From Spirochaetia bacterium (GTDB lineage: Bacteria; Spirochaetota; Spirochaetia; UBA9216): 64,000 nucleotides of DNA. Positions 18,200-27,774 of this stretch are shown piece after piece. Under the pieces are notes generated by a model. The model did not search any database. It was not told the origin of the DNA and worked only from the letters and a program-made list of their open reading frames with translations. The stretch is taken from NCBI GenBank assembly GCA_963675665.1, contig OY776510.1, positions 5,024,001 through 5,088,000 of the forward strand, read 5' to 3'. Position 1 is the stretch's first letter. Each line of letters begins with the position of its first letter. The translations under genes were made by a program, and so were the position numbers.

Positions 18200-19605
18200 A
18201 TTGTTGCAGGTTCAAAATCGCTCATCGCCGGCCCGCCCAAAAGCTGATGGTTTATATCCACGTTGCTGCGGAACTGGGCAATTCTTTCAACTGATGAGGC
18301 GTTATGCGCCCCCTGCTCCAGAGTTGTCTCGCCGGTGGAAACCACTCCTATTCCGGCAACAATACAGCACCCCTTATACCATCTAAGCATATTCAGAAGA
18401 GGGTTCTCGGGAGATCTGTCCAGAACAGTCCTGGAATCTATTAATCCGACGCGGGGATTAAGATATATGGCTTCAGCATCAATAGGATAAAGAACTGTAT
18501 GGTTATCCTGGGTATATACAACATTACTGTTGTCTCCGTAAAGAACCTGCTCGCCGTATTTTTCAGCGAGCACCGCCATACCCTCTGCATTCCCCAGAGG
18601 GTTCTGGGTTATCATACATGTATTCTGGTTCATATTATTATAAACAAGTTTATGAATGTGCAAATCAAGCGAGTCGTCATCAGAGGGTTTTATACTTTCC
18701 CGTCTAAGCGGAAAATCCATATTCTCGGGAACTGCGGACATGGGACAGTAAACCATTTCATCAGCGGAAATTCGCTGGCTCATCGAACCGGTGCCGTACC
18801 CGCTTATAAGATTATTATAATTATAGTTAAGACGCTGGGTAAAATCAGCTACCATTGCCTCATCGGCGACATCTCTCCGGGACAGTTCCGCTTCATTCAG
18901 CGGCTCGGGCCTGATACCGTAAAAAACGGCCGGTGTTTTATCATAAATATCGGAAAGCAGTTTAACCACATTAATTCCGCGGCGCCGCAGGTGCATCAGC
19001 GACATTGAACTTATCTCAATAGTCGTAAGCCTGTAAAGCCCGTCTTCAAGTGAATTCCCCCTGGCAAAGGGGCCATGGCCCCTTACAATGGTAAGCCTGT
19101 TATCAGCAAGGTATTTCGGCAGCCTTTCGGTCATCTCCGCAGACCCCACCGGTTGTACATATGTGCCGCAACGTACTTCTCCGACAATGAAAGATCCGTA
19201 GAAATCAACCGGATGAAACATGAATTCTTCACGCCCTTTATCATCCTCGCCGAGATATTTCATAAAAAGCTCTTTTTCTTTCGTATCGAAAGATACCGAA
19301 GAGGTATAAATGCCATGACTGTGAACTACTGCATTGGTTCCAGGATGCATAAGGATTTTACGGTGATTATCAGACTCTGTTGAACCGCGTGTATCACCCC
19401 AGGACACCCTGGAAAAGCGGACAGGTACAATATCATGCGGAACAAGAGCGCCAATCTGAGAACCGCTTGCAGTTATGTAAAATAAATCCGGGTTCTCGGG
19501 ATCCCTGACTGAAAGATTACCGCTATGAGTATTATTGGCATTAACGCGCCCGAGCGCCTCACCTATTGTTCGAAGATTCTTATATGCCCATTCGTGTGAT
19601 GTCAT
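18196..19605 (-). CDS. Tandem class II aldolase/adducin-domain protein
   Basis: N-domain SGNLS...TASG...STES..H...VHSHG...RGHG; second degenerate repeat (GSMS...LHIH..VY...MITQNP...VAGIG). Confidence 0.7.
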   Translation of the reverse strand: MTSHEWAYKNLRTIGEALGRVNANNTHSGNLSVRDPENPDLFYITASGSQIGALVPHDIVPVRFSRVSWGDTRGSTESDNHRKILMHPGTNAVVHSHGIYTSSVSFDTKEKELFMKYLGEDDKGREEFMFHPVDFYGSFIVGEVRCGTYVQPVGSAEMTERLPKYLADNRLTIVRGHGPFARGNSLEDGLYRLTTIEISSMSLMHLRRRGINVVKLLSDIYDKTPAVFYGIRPEPLNEAELSRRDVADEAMVADFTQRLNYNYNNLISGYGTGSMSQRISADEMVYCPMSAVPENMDFPLRRESIKPSDDDSLDLHIHKLVYNNMNQNTCMITQNPLGNAEGMAVLAEKYGEQVLYGDNSNVVYTQDNHTVLYPIDAEAIYLNPRVGLIDSRTVLDRSPENPLLNMLRWYKGCCIVAGIGVVSTGETTLEQGAHNASSVERIAQFRSNVDINHQLLGGPAMSDFEPATI

Positions 19606-21641
19606 TATGCTGCCCCCTCCGCTTTACTTACGCCGACCAATTCGTCAATTTGCAGTTTCTCCAGGGTTTCGGATATCGGAATGCCGTCCGGACTCCAACC
19701 CATTGCTTTATAATATTCCGTATGCATTTGTCCGAAAGCTTTCCGCTCACAAACTACCTTTCGTCCTTCTACTGTTGCAGGTTTTGTGTAAAACCGTTCA
19801 GGCAGCCAGTCATCATCCGTCGTCAGGCCGCAGGCAACATTGAACAGTCTTTCAAGCGTGTAGACCCTGTGACCTATGCGCTGCAGTTTACCGGCATTTA
19901 ATTCCATTCCTGTAATTGCGTTAAGCAGTTTTGCGTAGTCATCCAGAGGTATTGAAAACGAGGTGTATACGCATGAACCTATTGTATCAAAAACAGTATT
20001 GCGGAATGCGGCATTTTTCAGCACCAGCGGCGTACCTTCTATTCGACCGCCGTCCCATTCTCCGTACCCTGCGGCATACGCCTGCGCCGCCATGTAACCG
20101 CCCTCAAGGTGGCAGCCGCCGCGGTTGCTCATCTCATAGCTTAGAGCCTGACTGAATGAAGTTCTGGGATCATATGCGGGAAGTTCCTGTTTTTTCACCG
20201 TCATCGAGAGTTCAGGGTGGCCGTACCGTTCACAAAACCGAAAAGAGCCTTCGGCAAGATACCCGCCTATACCCTTTCGCTCTGCAATCATGTTTATCAG
20301 CGGAAGCAGAATTTCTTTGTTTCCGAATACCGGCTCTCCGACTTCTTTTACAAATAACGCCGAATCAGACATGAACTGTTGTTCTGCTTCATTCAAATTG
20401 TCCAAGGACTTGCAGGTTTCATATAAATCAACGAATGCGGATATTGTCCCGCCCAGGCTGATGGTATCCATGCCCAGACGGTTCGACGCATTGTTGGCAA
20501 GCGCTATAAGCGGAAGATCATAGATTGACAGATTAGCGCCCAGCAATGTTACGGATTCAAATTCCGGGCCTTCACCCTTGTCGAATTCATTTCCGTTCTC
20601 ATCATAGATCGTTATTTTTCGTTTGCAGGCTACAGGGCAGTTGTAGCAGGTACCTTTTTTTGCTTTTATACCGAACTCTCCGTCATGTTTAATATCATCG
20701 TAATAACGGAGAGCTTCACCGCTGATTCTGTCGATATCACTGTCGTTATGAGTTGTGTCTCTCATATTGTTATGAGGCAACTGACCATGATTATGCACCA
20801 TTCCCATAAGGCCAAGCGAGCCGAGAGAGGAAAGAATACCGTAGTCGACCTCTTTTCTGGTCAGTTTCCCGACATCCAGCATTATTTTGGCCTTGAATGC
20901 CGCGCTTTTACTGTTTTTTATACTCAGCATATCGGGATCAGCAACCTTTATTTCGGTTTCCGAATCGGGGACTACGGCAATCGCATGCAGGTTCTTTGAT
21001 CCCCAGACAGCTCCGCAGCCGTTTCGTCCAAAAGCGCGGCCTTTTTCATTTATTACAGCGGAAAACCTCACAAGGTTCTTTCCCGCCGGACCTATCGACA
21101 TTACACGAACACCCTCGGGTAATTCCGAAGCGATACCGTCGTTAGACTCTTCGGTTGAAGCTTCAGCATAAGCTGACGCATCCCTGACTGTAACATTGTC
21201 CTTCTGCACTACAAGATAAACCGGCTTCTCAGCCTTTCCGGTAATAAAAAGAACATCAATACCTGTCTTTTTCAGGGCCACACCCCAGTATCCGCCTGAA
21301 TTGCTGCTTCCGAGACCGCCGGTCAGCGGTGATTTGAAATTCATATGGAAACGGCCCGAACCCGGCATTTTAGTCCCGGTTGCGGGAGAGGTCGTTATAA
21401 TAACCGGATTATCCGGAGATAATCCGTCAATATCGCTAAAAGGATTGCCGTACTTCCCGGAAAGAGAAGCAAAATAACGATACAGCAACGCAATACCCAA
21501 CCCCCTTCCACCGAAATACCTGATCGCTATTTCAGGATCAAGCGGTTCGAATTTGCATTCACCTGAACTTAAGTCTATAAATGCAATTCTTCCCATAAAA
21601 CCAAGGGGCAGTCGTTTCTCTGCTGTTTTCATAGTTTCCAC
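19605..21641 (-). CDS. aor: Aldehyde:ferredoxin oxidoreductase family (W/Mo-pterin)
   Basis: YFGGRGLG, KSPLTGG, SNSGG, GR.G.GAVWGSKNL, CYNCPVAC, GPEFES, GMDTISLG, PAYDPR, NRGGCH. Confidence 0.92.
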   Translation of the reverse strand: METMKTAEKRLPLGFMGRIAFIDLSSGECKFEPLDPEIAIRYFGGRGLGIALLYRYFASLSGKYGNPFSDIDGLSPDNPVIITTSPATGTKMPGSGRFHMNFKSPLTGGLGSSNSGGYWGVALKKTGIDVLFITGKAEKPVYLVVQKDNVTVRDASAYAEASTEESNDGIASELPEGVRVMSIGPAGKNLVRFSAVINEKGRAFGRNGCGAVWGSKNLHAIAVVPDSETEIKVADPDMLSIKNSKSAAFKAKIMLDVGKLTRKEVDYGILSSLGSLGLMGMVHNHGQLPHNNMRDTTHNDSDIDRISGEALRYYDDIKHDGEFGIKAKKGTCYNCPVACKRKITIYDENGNEFDKGEGPEFESVTLLGANLSIYDLPLIALANNASNRLGMDTISLGGTISAFVDLYETCKSLDNLNEAEQQFMSDSALFVKEVGEPVFGNKEILLPLINMIAERKGIGGYLAEGSFRFCERYGHPELSMTVKKQELPAYDPRTSFSQALSYEMSNRGGCHLEGGYMAAQAYAAGYGEWDGGRIEGTPLVLKNAAFRNTVFDTIGSCVYTSFSIPLDDYAKLLNAITGMELNAGKLQRIGHRVYTLERLFNVACGLTTDDDWLPERFYTKPATVEGRKVVCERKAFGQMHTEYYKAMGWSPDGIPISETLEKLQIDELVGVSKAEGAA

Positions 21642-21680
21642 CTTATCTATAAAATTAACGGAGTTTGGTGCTTAAGGGTA

Positions 21681-22691
21681 TTAACCTATCAGTTTTCTGC
21701 AGGTTTCACCTATTTTCAGCTGTGTCGGTACAATTATCCGCTTTTCTTCCTTATCTGTATTATCTCCCCGGATCTTCTTCATCATGATATTGAAAGCACA
21801 CTGACAGAGTTCAGGGATATTCTGCTCTACAGTGGTCAGTTTCGTATTAAAAATTGTGTAATAGGGAATATTGTCAAAACCTATCAGAGAGATATCTTCC
21901 GGCACCGAAATATTTAAAAGCTTTGCCTTATTCAATGCACCAAGGGCCATTTGATCATTCGCGCTGAAAATAGCTGTAGGCCATTCTGACAGGGTCAGAA
22001 AATATTCCATTGCGTTTATTCCTGATTCAAAGCGTAAATCTCCGCGGCTGACCAGTTCCTGATTGAAAGAAACATCGTAAGCTTTAAGTGCGTCGCAATA
22101 ACCACGGAATCTCTCCTCTGCCGACGGCCATTTTGCCGGCCCGCTGATAAAACCTATTCTCCGGTGATTAAGCTGCAGAAGGTATTCTACAGCCTGGCGC
22201 GCTCCGTTATAGTTATCGCTGCTGACTTCAGACACAACGCCTTCCTCGCTGTGCCTGTCGATAAGCACCGTTTCGGTATACTGACGCGCCCGCTCTATCG
22301 TGTTCATCGAAATTCCCTCGGCAAATATTATCCCGCCTATTTTATTGTCCAGCAGATAATCAAGATAAATCCTCTCCTTCTCCTCATTATTTTCCGTGTC
22401 GCATACCGTCAGCGGTATCCCCTGCTCCATGGCAAGATGACTTATCCGGCGCACAATCATGGCAAAAAACGGGTTCAGAATATCAAAGACAAATAATGCA
22501 AGTCCCCAGCGCGATTTGGAACTCAACCTTGATGCAAACGGGTTAGGTTTGTAACCAACCTCACGCATGGTGTTTTCTATCTTTTCACGCAACGGCGCGG
22601 CAACAATATCCGGATTATTTAACACCCTCGAGACGGTTGCAGGAGATGTTCCGCAGAGTTTTGCTATTTCCGTTATCGTATATTTAGACAA
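21681..22691 (-). CDS. LacI family transcriptional regulator
   Basis: TITEIAKLCGTSPATVSRVLN HTH; NDQMALG, PEDISLIGFDN. Confidence 0.93.
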   Translation of the reverse strand: MSKYTITEIAKLCGTSPATVSRVLNNPDIVAAPLREKIENTMREVGYKPNPFASRLSSKSRWGLALFVFDILNPFFAMIVRRISHLAMEQGIPLTVCDTENNEEKERIYLDYLLDNKIGGIIFAEGISMNTIERARQYTETVLIDRHSEEGVVSEVSSDNYNGARQAVEYLLQLNHRRIGFISGPAKWPSAEERFRGYCDALKAYDVSFNQELVSRGDLRFESGINAMEYFLTLSEWPTAIFSANDQMALGALNKAKLLNISVPEDISLIGFDNIPYYTIFNTKLTTVEQNIPELCQCAFNIMMKKIRGDNTDKEEKRIIVPTQLKIGETCRKLIG

Positions 22692-22707
22692 ACCATGCCT
22701 CCTGTGG

Positions 22708-22721
22708 TGAAAACGATTTCA
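22708..22721. promoter_or_regulatory. LacI-type operator (copy 2)
   Basis: TGAAAACGATTTCA between a TTGACA-17-TTTAAT promoter and the lacI RBS. Confidence 0.7.
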
Positions 22722-22777
22722 ACCACACCTATTAAAAACCCCGCCGGAGCATATGTCAAGCGGGAATTATTTACTTC

Positions 22778-23461
22778 CTAGCTGAACAGATCTTTGTTTT
22801 TCTGACCGTAATGATTTTTGGCAAAGTCCTGCATTGCCTTAATTTCATCCTGGCTGAATTTTCGGATGTTATTGCCGAGCAGATTGGCAAACAAAAGAAT
22901 CTGCGCATTTTTCTCAAGCACCATGCTCACTTTTAAAGCCATCTTCATGTCGGTTCCGACAAGCAACGCGCCGTGTCCCGGAAGAAGAACTGCATTATTA
23001 TTCCCGAGTCCGGCAACCGCCACATCTCCGAGAGCCTCAGTTCCCGGAAGTTCATAGGGGCTTGCTACCTTTATTTCAGCTCCTACTATCTGGATAAAAT
23101 CTTCGCTTACCCCGATGAGGTTCTGCCCTGCTACTCCAAAAGCTGTTGAGTAGACCGGATGCGTATGAATGACCGCATTAACGTCCGATCTTGCATTAAA
23201 CACTGCAAGATGCATATGCTTTTCAATTGAAGGCTCTGCTTCTCCGTCGACAATATTCAGCTCAGTATCCATTACAACAACATGCTGCGGTTGTATCTTG
23301 GAATAATCCATTCCGCTCGGGCTTATATAAACCAGATTGGTTTCCGGGTCGCGCGCGCTTATATTTCCCCACGTTCCGACGGTGATTCCTTTAGCGACCA
23401 TCTCAATTCCTGTATCAACAATAAGCTGCTTATAGCTGCCTTTGATACGTCTATCCATCAT
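22778..23461 (-). CDS. Class II aldolase (L-fuculose-1-phosphate aldolase-like)
   Basis: GTWGNIS, SPSG, PSIEKHMH, AVIHTHP, PGT..L, LLPGHG. Confidence 0.88.
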   Translation of the reverse strand: MMDRRIKGSYKQLIVDTGIEMVAKGITVGTWGNISARDPETNLVYISPSGMDYSKIQPQHVVVMDTELNIVDGEAEPSIEKHMHLAVFNARSDVNAVIHTHPVYSTAFGVAGQNLIGVSEDFIQIVGAEIKVASPYELPGTEALGDVAVAGLGNNNAVLLPGHGALLVGTDMKMALKVSMVLEKNAQILLFANLLGNNIRKFSQDEIKAMQDFAKNHYGQKNKDLFS

Positions 23462-23585
23462 ATAACTCCTAATGATTTAATATTATCATACTTATGGTAT
23501 ATTTCTACCTATTTTTACACATTTTTGTCAATATAGTCTCAACTTCTTTATTTACATTTTATTTTTACCATATTATAATCCAATT

Positions 23586-24362
23586 ATGAGTAATAAACAA
23601 AAGCGCCTCGAAGTGCTGAAAAGCATGCTGAAAGTCGAACATTCAATGAAAATCTCGGACATTTCGAACCGGATCGGCGTATCTCCAATGACTACCAGAC
23701 GCGATATTGAAATACTTGAACACGAAGGCTTTATAAAAGTTCTTCACGGAGCCGTCATATATAATGCCGCTGCAGAACCCGGCGGCCTGTCTGATTACAT
23801 GCTGACGGTTGCCGAAAGCAGGCAGAAAGAAAAGAAACAACATATTGCTCATCATGCGTTATCGTATATCGAAGATAATGATATCATTTTTCTCGATGCC
23901 GGATCAACGACAGAATCACTTGCCCGAAGGCTTCCCGAAAATCTGAAGCTTACAGTTATATGCTATACCATCAACATTTTTCTTGCTGTTGCAGATCATC
24001 CAAATATTACAGTCATTCTGCTAGGAGGAACTTACAACCGCGAAACAATGATACTGGAACAGAAAGGCGTTTCTCCCATACTTCAGAACAACCGGACAAA
24101 GAAGGCTTTTATTTCAGCAGGAGGTTTTCATACAAAACTCGGAGTCACCTGCTCAAATGAAAACGAGCGCCTGACAAAGCAAACAGCAGTCAATCAAACT
24201 GCCGAGTCTTTTCTACTGATTGATTCATCAAAATTCGGTGAAGTGAATTCATGTTTCTTTGCAGGGACCAATGATTTCGATCATATAATTACCGACAATA
24301 ATATCCCCGATAATTACAGAGAAGAATTAGCCGGATTCGATACTGAAGTACATTTCGTCTGA
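23586..24362 (+). CDS. DeoR/GlpR family transcriptional regulator
   Basis: VSPMTTRRDI HTH; IFLDAGST; LIDSSKFG. Confidence 0.92.
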   Translation: MSNKQKRLEVLKSMLKVEHSMKISDISNRIGVSPMTTRRDIEILEHEGFIKVLHGAVIYNAAAEPGGLSDYMLTVAESRQKEKKQHIAHHALSYIEDNDIIFLDAGSTTESLARRLPENLKLTVICYTINIFLAVADHPNITVILLGGTYNRETMILEQKGVSPILQNNRTKKAFISAGGFHTKLGVTCSNENERLTKQTAVNQTAESFLLIDSSKFGEVNSCFFAGTNDFDHIITDNNIPDNYREELAGFDTEVHFV

Positions 24363-24399
24363 TAAGATTAAAAACCGTCTGAATGCTGCATATTTTCAA

Positions 24400-24454
24400 T
24401 TGCAGATTCATGTTTACTGTGGTATTCTTTAAAAACGGTCTGAAACCGTTTTCA
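24400..24454 (+). promoter_or_regulatory. Promoter and LacI-type operator (copy 3) of the GRE gene
   Basis: TTGCAG-17-TATTCT with TG extension, then TGAAACCGTTTTCA at 24441-24454. Confidence 0.7.
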
Positions 24455-24477
24455 TAAAGGCTTTATAGGAGATTGAT

Positions 24478-26889
24478 ATGAATACACGAATTGTAAAATT
24501 AAGAGAAGGACTCTTTGAAAATATCCCGGAAATATGCCCGGAGAGGGCGGTAATTTTTACCGAAGAAATGAAAAGAAGCGAAGGGGAACCCATTGTAAAG
24601 CGAAGGGCACAGGCTTTGTATGAAGTCCTTGATAAAATCACAATATTCATAAGAGACGGCGAACTTCTTGTCGGAAACCAGGCCTCAACAGTGCGCGGAG
24701 CTCCGGTTTTCCCCGAATACTCCGTCGACTGGATTGTAGATGAATTCAACGGTAAACCCTACCACTTTGCAGAGAGACCCTGCGATCAGTTCCGGTACAC
24801 AGAAAAAACAAAAAAACTGGTCCTTGAAACAATTGAATACTGGAAAAACAAAACCTTGATAAAAAACGTCTGGAGCAGCCTTCCGGAAGAAGCAAGAACA
24901 GCCTGGGAGATAAATGCCATCGACGACACATGGTGTGCTGCCGCCGGCCTTGGAAATGTTCTGCCTGATCACTCAATGGTTCTCACACACGGTCTTGAAT
25001 ATGTTATTGCAAAGGCTGAACAAAGAATTCAGAACCTCGACCTTACCGAGCCCGGCACAATCAGTCAGTACTGGTTTCTTCAGGCCGTGGTAACGGCAAA
25101 TAAGGCTGTAATAAACTTTGCCTCAAGGTATGCTGCTCTTCTGGAGAAGGAAGCAGCCTCATGCACAGACGCCGTCCGGAAAAATGAGCTTCTGGCTATG
25201 GCCGCAAACTGCCGGCGTGTTCCTGCAAAACCGGCGGAAACCTTCTGGCAGGCCGTTCAGACCGTATGGTTTATCCAGCTTATACTTCAGATAGAAACAA
25301 ACGGTCATGCAATATCCCTGGGACGCTTTGATCAGTACCTGTATCCGTATTACCGCAACGATATCGACAGGGGAATAATAACAAAGGATCAGGCGCTTGA
25401 GATAGTAGAATCGTTCTTTATAAAGGCGAATGAAATAAACAAACTTCGGTCATGGCCTGACAGCGAATATTTTCCCGGATATCATCTTGCGGAAAACCTC
25501 GCCATCGGCGGACAGCTTGCCGACGGAACCGATGCGGTAAATGATCTGACGCATATTATACTTGAGGCGACCGGAGATCTGCGCCTGACAAAACCGTCGG
25601 TTTCACTTAAATGGTACGAAGGAACAAGCGATGAGTTTATGCACAAAGCCCTTGAGGTAATAGATAAACATAAAGGCGGACAGCCGGCGCTTTACAACGA
25701 TCCGGGCGTAATGAAAATACTTGAGGGTATGGGGGTAGCAAAAGAAGATCTTTACACCTGGGCGCCTGTAGGCTGTATTGAAGCGTCGATACCGGGCAAA
25801 TGGGATTTTGCCGCAAAGGGTTCATGGCTCAACGTCGGTAAGGTTTTCGAAATGACGCTTAATAACGGAACTGATCCCAATACCGGAATATGCCTGCTGC
25901 CCGGAGACGGTTACCTGTCCGGGTTTAAAAGCAGCGCTGAACTGATGGCAGCCTTCAAGAAACAGCTTCATTACTATATGGAACTGCAGGTTATCGTAGA
26001 ACACATCAGCGACGAGATGCACATTCTGCATGACCAGAACGCATTCAGATCATCGCTTGTTCATGACTGTATTGAACGGGGGAAATCACTTATCGAAGGC
26101 GGAGCTGTTTATACCGCCGACGGAGGTCCTACAGCGGGCTCCATTTCGGTTGGAAACGCATTCGCAGCAATAGAATATGCCGTTTTCGACAAGAAACTGC
26201 TCACAGCCGCCCAGATAGCGCACGCGCTTGAAACCAATTACGAAGACAGTACAACATCCCCCTCCGGCGAAGAAATCAGGCAGCTTCTTCTCAATAAAGC
26301 GCCTAAATTCGGAAATGATGATGATTATGTTGATAAATGGGTAGTGGAAATAACCGACTACCTGGGCTCAAGCTACCATAAGGATTTCAAGAGTTCCAGA
26401 TACGGCAAGGGCCCGGTCCCGGCCACTTTTGCTCTCAGCATGAGTTCGGTTACCGGAAACGTGGCGTTCGGAAAGTCGGTGGGAGCCCTGCCTGACGGCC
26501 GCAAAGCCACACTGCCGGTAAACAACGGTGTATCTCCAGCAAACGGAACAGAAAAAACAGGCCCTACAGCCCTGATAAATTCAGAAGGAAAACTGCCGAG
26601 CTGCTGGTGTCAGAAGGGAACAATTTTCAACATGAGGCTTACTCCTGAAACATTAAAAACCCCGGAAGGCCGTAACAGAGCCCTTGCTCTCGTAAAAAAT
26701 CACTTTAAGAATAATCAGTTTCATATACAATTCAATGTATTAAGCGATAAAACCCTCCTCGAAGCACAGCAGAAACCTGAAGAATACCAGGATCTGATGG
26801 TACGCATCTCGGGATACAGCGCGTTTTTTACACCGCTGAACGAAGAACTACAGCGGGATGTGATTGAAAGAATGAAGTTTGATTTTTAA
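24478..26889 (+). CDS. Glycyl radical enzyme (PFL2/dehydratase-like), substrate unassigned
   Basis: Cys loop VGCIE; Gly loop LMVRISGYSAFF; SLGRFDQYLYP; GALPDGR. Confidence 0.93.
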   Translation: MNTRIVKLREGLFENIPEICPERAVIFTEEMKRSEGEPIVKRRAQALYEVLDKITIFIRDGELLVGNQASTVRGAPVFPEYSVDWIVDEFNGKPYHFAERPCDQFRYTEKTKKLVLETIEYWKNKTLIKNVWSSLPEEARTAWEINAIDDTWCAAAGLGNVLPDHSMVLTHGLEYVIAKAEQRIQNLDLTEPGTISQYWFLQAVVTANKAVINFASRYAALLEKEAASCTDAVRKNELLAMAANCRRVPAKPAETFWQAVQTVWFIQLILQIETNGHAISLGRFDQYLYPYYRNDIDRGIITKDQALEIVESFFIKANEINKLRSWPDSEYFPGYHLAENLAIGGQLADGTDAVNDLTHIILEATGDLRLTKPSVSLKWYEGTSDEFMHKALEVIDKHKGGQPALYNDPGVMKILEGMGVAKEDLYTWAPVGCIEASIPGKWDFAAKGSWLNVGKVFEMTLNNGTDPNTGICLLPGDGYLSGFKSSAELMAAFKKQLHYYMELQVIVEHISDEMHILHDQNAFRSSLVHDCIERGKSLIEGGAVYTADGGPTAGSISVGNAFAAIEYAVFDKKLLTAAQIAHALETNYEDSTTSPSGEEIRQLLLNKAPKFGNDDDYVDKWVVEITDYLGSSYHKDFKSSRYGKGPVPATFALSMSSVTGNVAFGKSVGALPDGRKATLPVNNGVSPANGTEKTGPTALINSEGKLPSCWCQKGTIFNMRLTPETLKTPEGRNRALALVKNHFKNNQFHIQFNVLSDKTLLEAQQKPEEYQDLMVRISGYSAFFTPLNEELQRDVIERMKFDF

Positions 26890-26913
26890 ACGGATTTGAA
26901 TATACCAAATTTC

Positions 26914-26949
26914 AAAAGCCCCGCCGGTTATCAGGTCGGGGCTTTTTTT
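26914..26949 (+). terminator. Rho-independent terminator (probably bidirectional)
   Basis: AAAAGCCCCG...CGGGGCTTTTTTT between convergent genes. Confidence 0.8.
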
Positions 26950-26962
26950 GATACAGGAAAGA

Positions 26963-27724
26963 TTACAGGTTTCTGTAATGAAAGACTTTGTCGGGAATCG
27001 AATCAGGCATCCTGATCTTTTTAAAGACAAGCCTAGTCCTCGAGTTGTTTTCGAAATCTTCCATCAGGCTTTCATCCGGAAAGATTTTTCCGTCGACATT
27101 CTGTGTTGAAATAACCTTGTACCTTTTAACCAGGGTTGTGCCGTTAAAGTACTCTACTTCACGAATCTGATGCGATTCGCTGTCGATAAAAAGGACTTTT
27201 TTATTCGTCCGATCACTATCGTCAATCGATGAAACTTCAATCCTGTAACCGGGTGATTCATCTATAATTATCCCGGAAGAATCCGTAATTAGAAAATCAG
27301 AAGTCCTGATGGATGAAAAGTCCGAAGCAGTAAAGTCTGAATCGAAAACGCGTTCATCATTTCCGGAAGAGGTAATCTTTCTGGCGCCCCTGCTTGTAGC
27401 AATCCATTGCAATGAGGTTCCGTCTCCTGAACTGAGCTGAAGGAATTTCATTTTTCGTAAAAAAGACGGATCTATAATCTGCATATATAATTTATACTCG
27501 TTGCCTTCATTGCTGATGCTTATATCTATACTGCGGCGTTTTTCCCCGGAAGGATTTTCGATTATCATTTCCACTTCCATCGTCATGTATCGGCTTTCTC
27601 CGAATAACCTCGCCTCTGAAAGGATTGATTCAGCGTCTGCAGGTTCTGCATAAATAGTCATGGGAGCGCAGAGAAATAAGAATAAGAATAATATTCCAGT
27701 CCGAGCAGTTGATTTTTTCCTCAT
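26963..27724 (-). CDS. Outer-membrane lipoprotein-sorting protein (LolA-like, TP0789/DUF1329-type)
   Basis: Signal peptide; P.FLRKMKFL...RKI...F.SDFT..D motif; ends F..RNL. Confidence 0.8.
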   Translation of the reverse strand: MRKKSTARTGILFLFLFLCAPMTIYAEPADAESILSEARLFGESRYMTMEVEMIIENPSGEKRRSIDISISNEGNEYKLYMQIIDPSFLRKMKFLQLSSGDGTSLQWIATSRGARKITSSGNDERVFDSDFTASDFSSIRTSDFLITDSSGIIIDESPGYRIEVSSIDDSDRTNKKVLFIDSESHQIREVEYFNGTTLVKRYKVISTQNVDGKIFPDESLMEDFENNSRTRLVFKKIRMPDSIPDKVFHYRNL

Positions 27725-27774
27725 TAATGTTTATCTCCGTAAGCTAATGCGATAAAATAAAGTATCATAAGGAG

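Noticed and set aside
17495-18247. 250-aa ORF on the + strand
   Set aside because: Antisense shadow of the GRE activase with no motifs
24478-26889. Calling the GRE pyruvate formate-lyase or choline TMA-lyase
   Set aside because: It has a single-Cys GCIE loop rather than the PFL Cys-Cys pair, and there is no BMC or choline context
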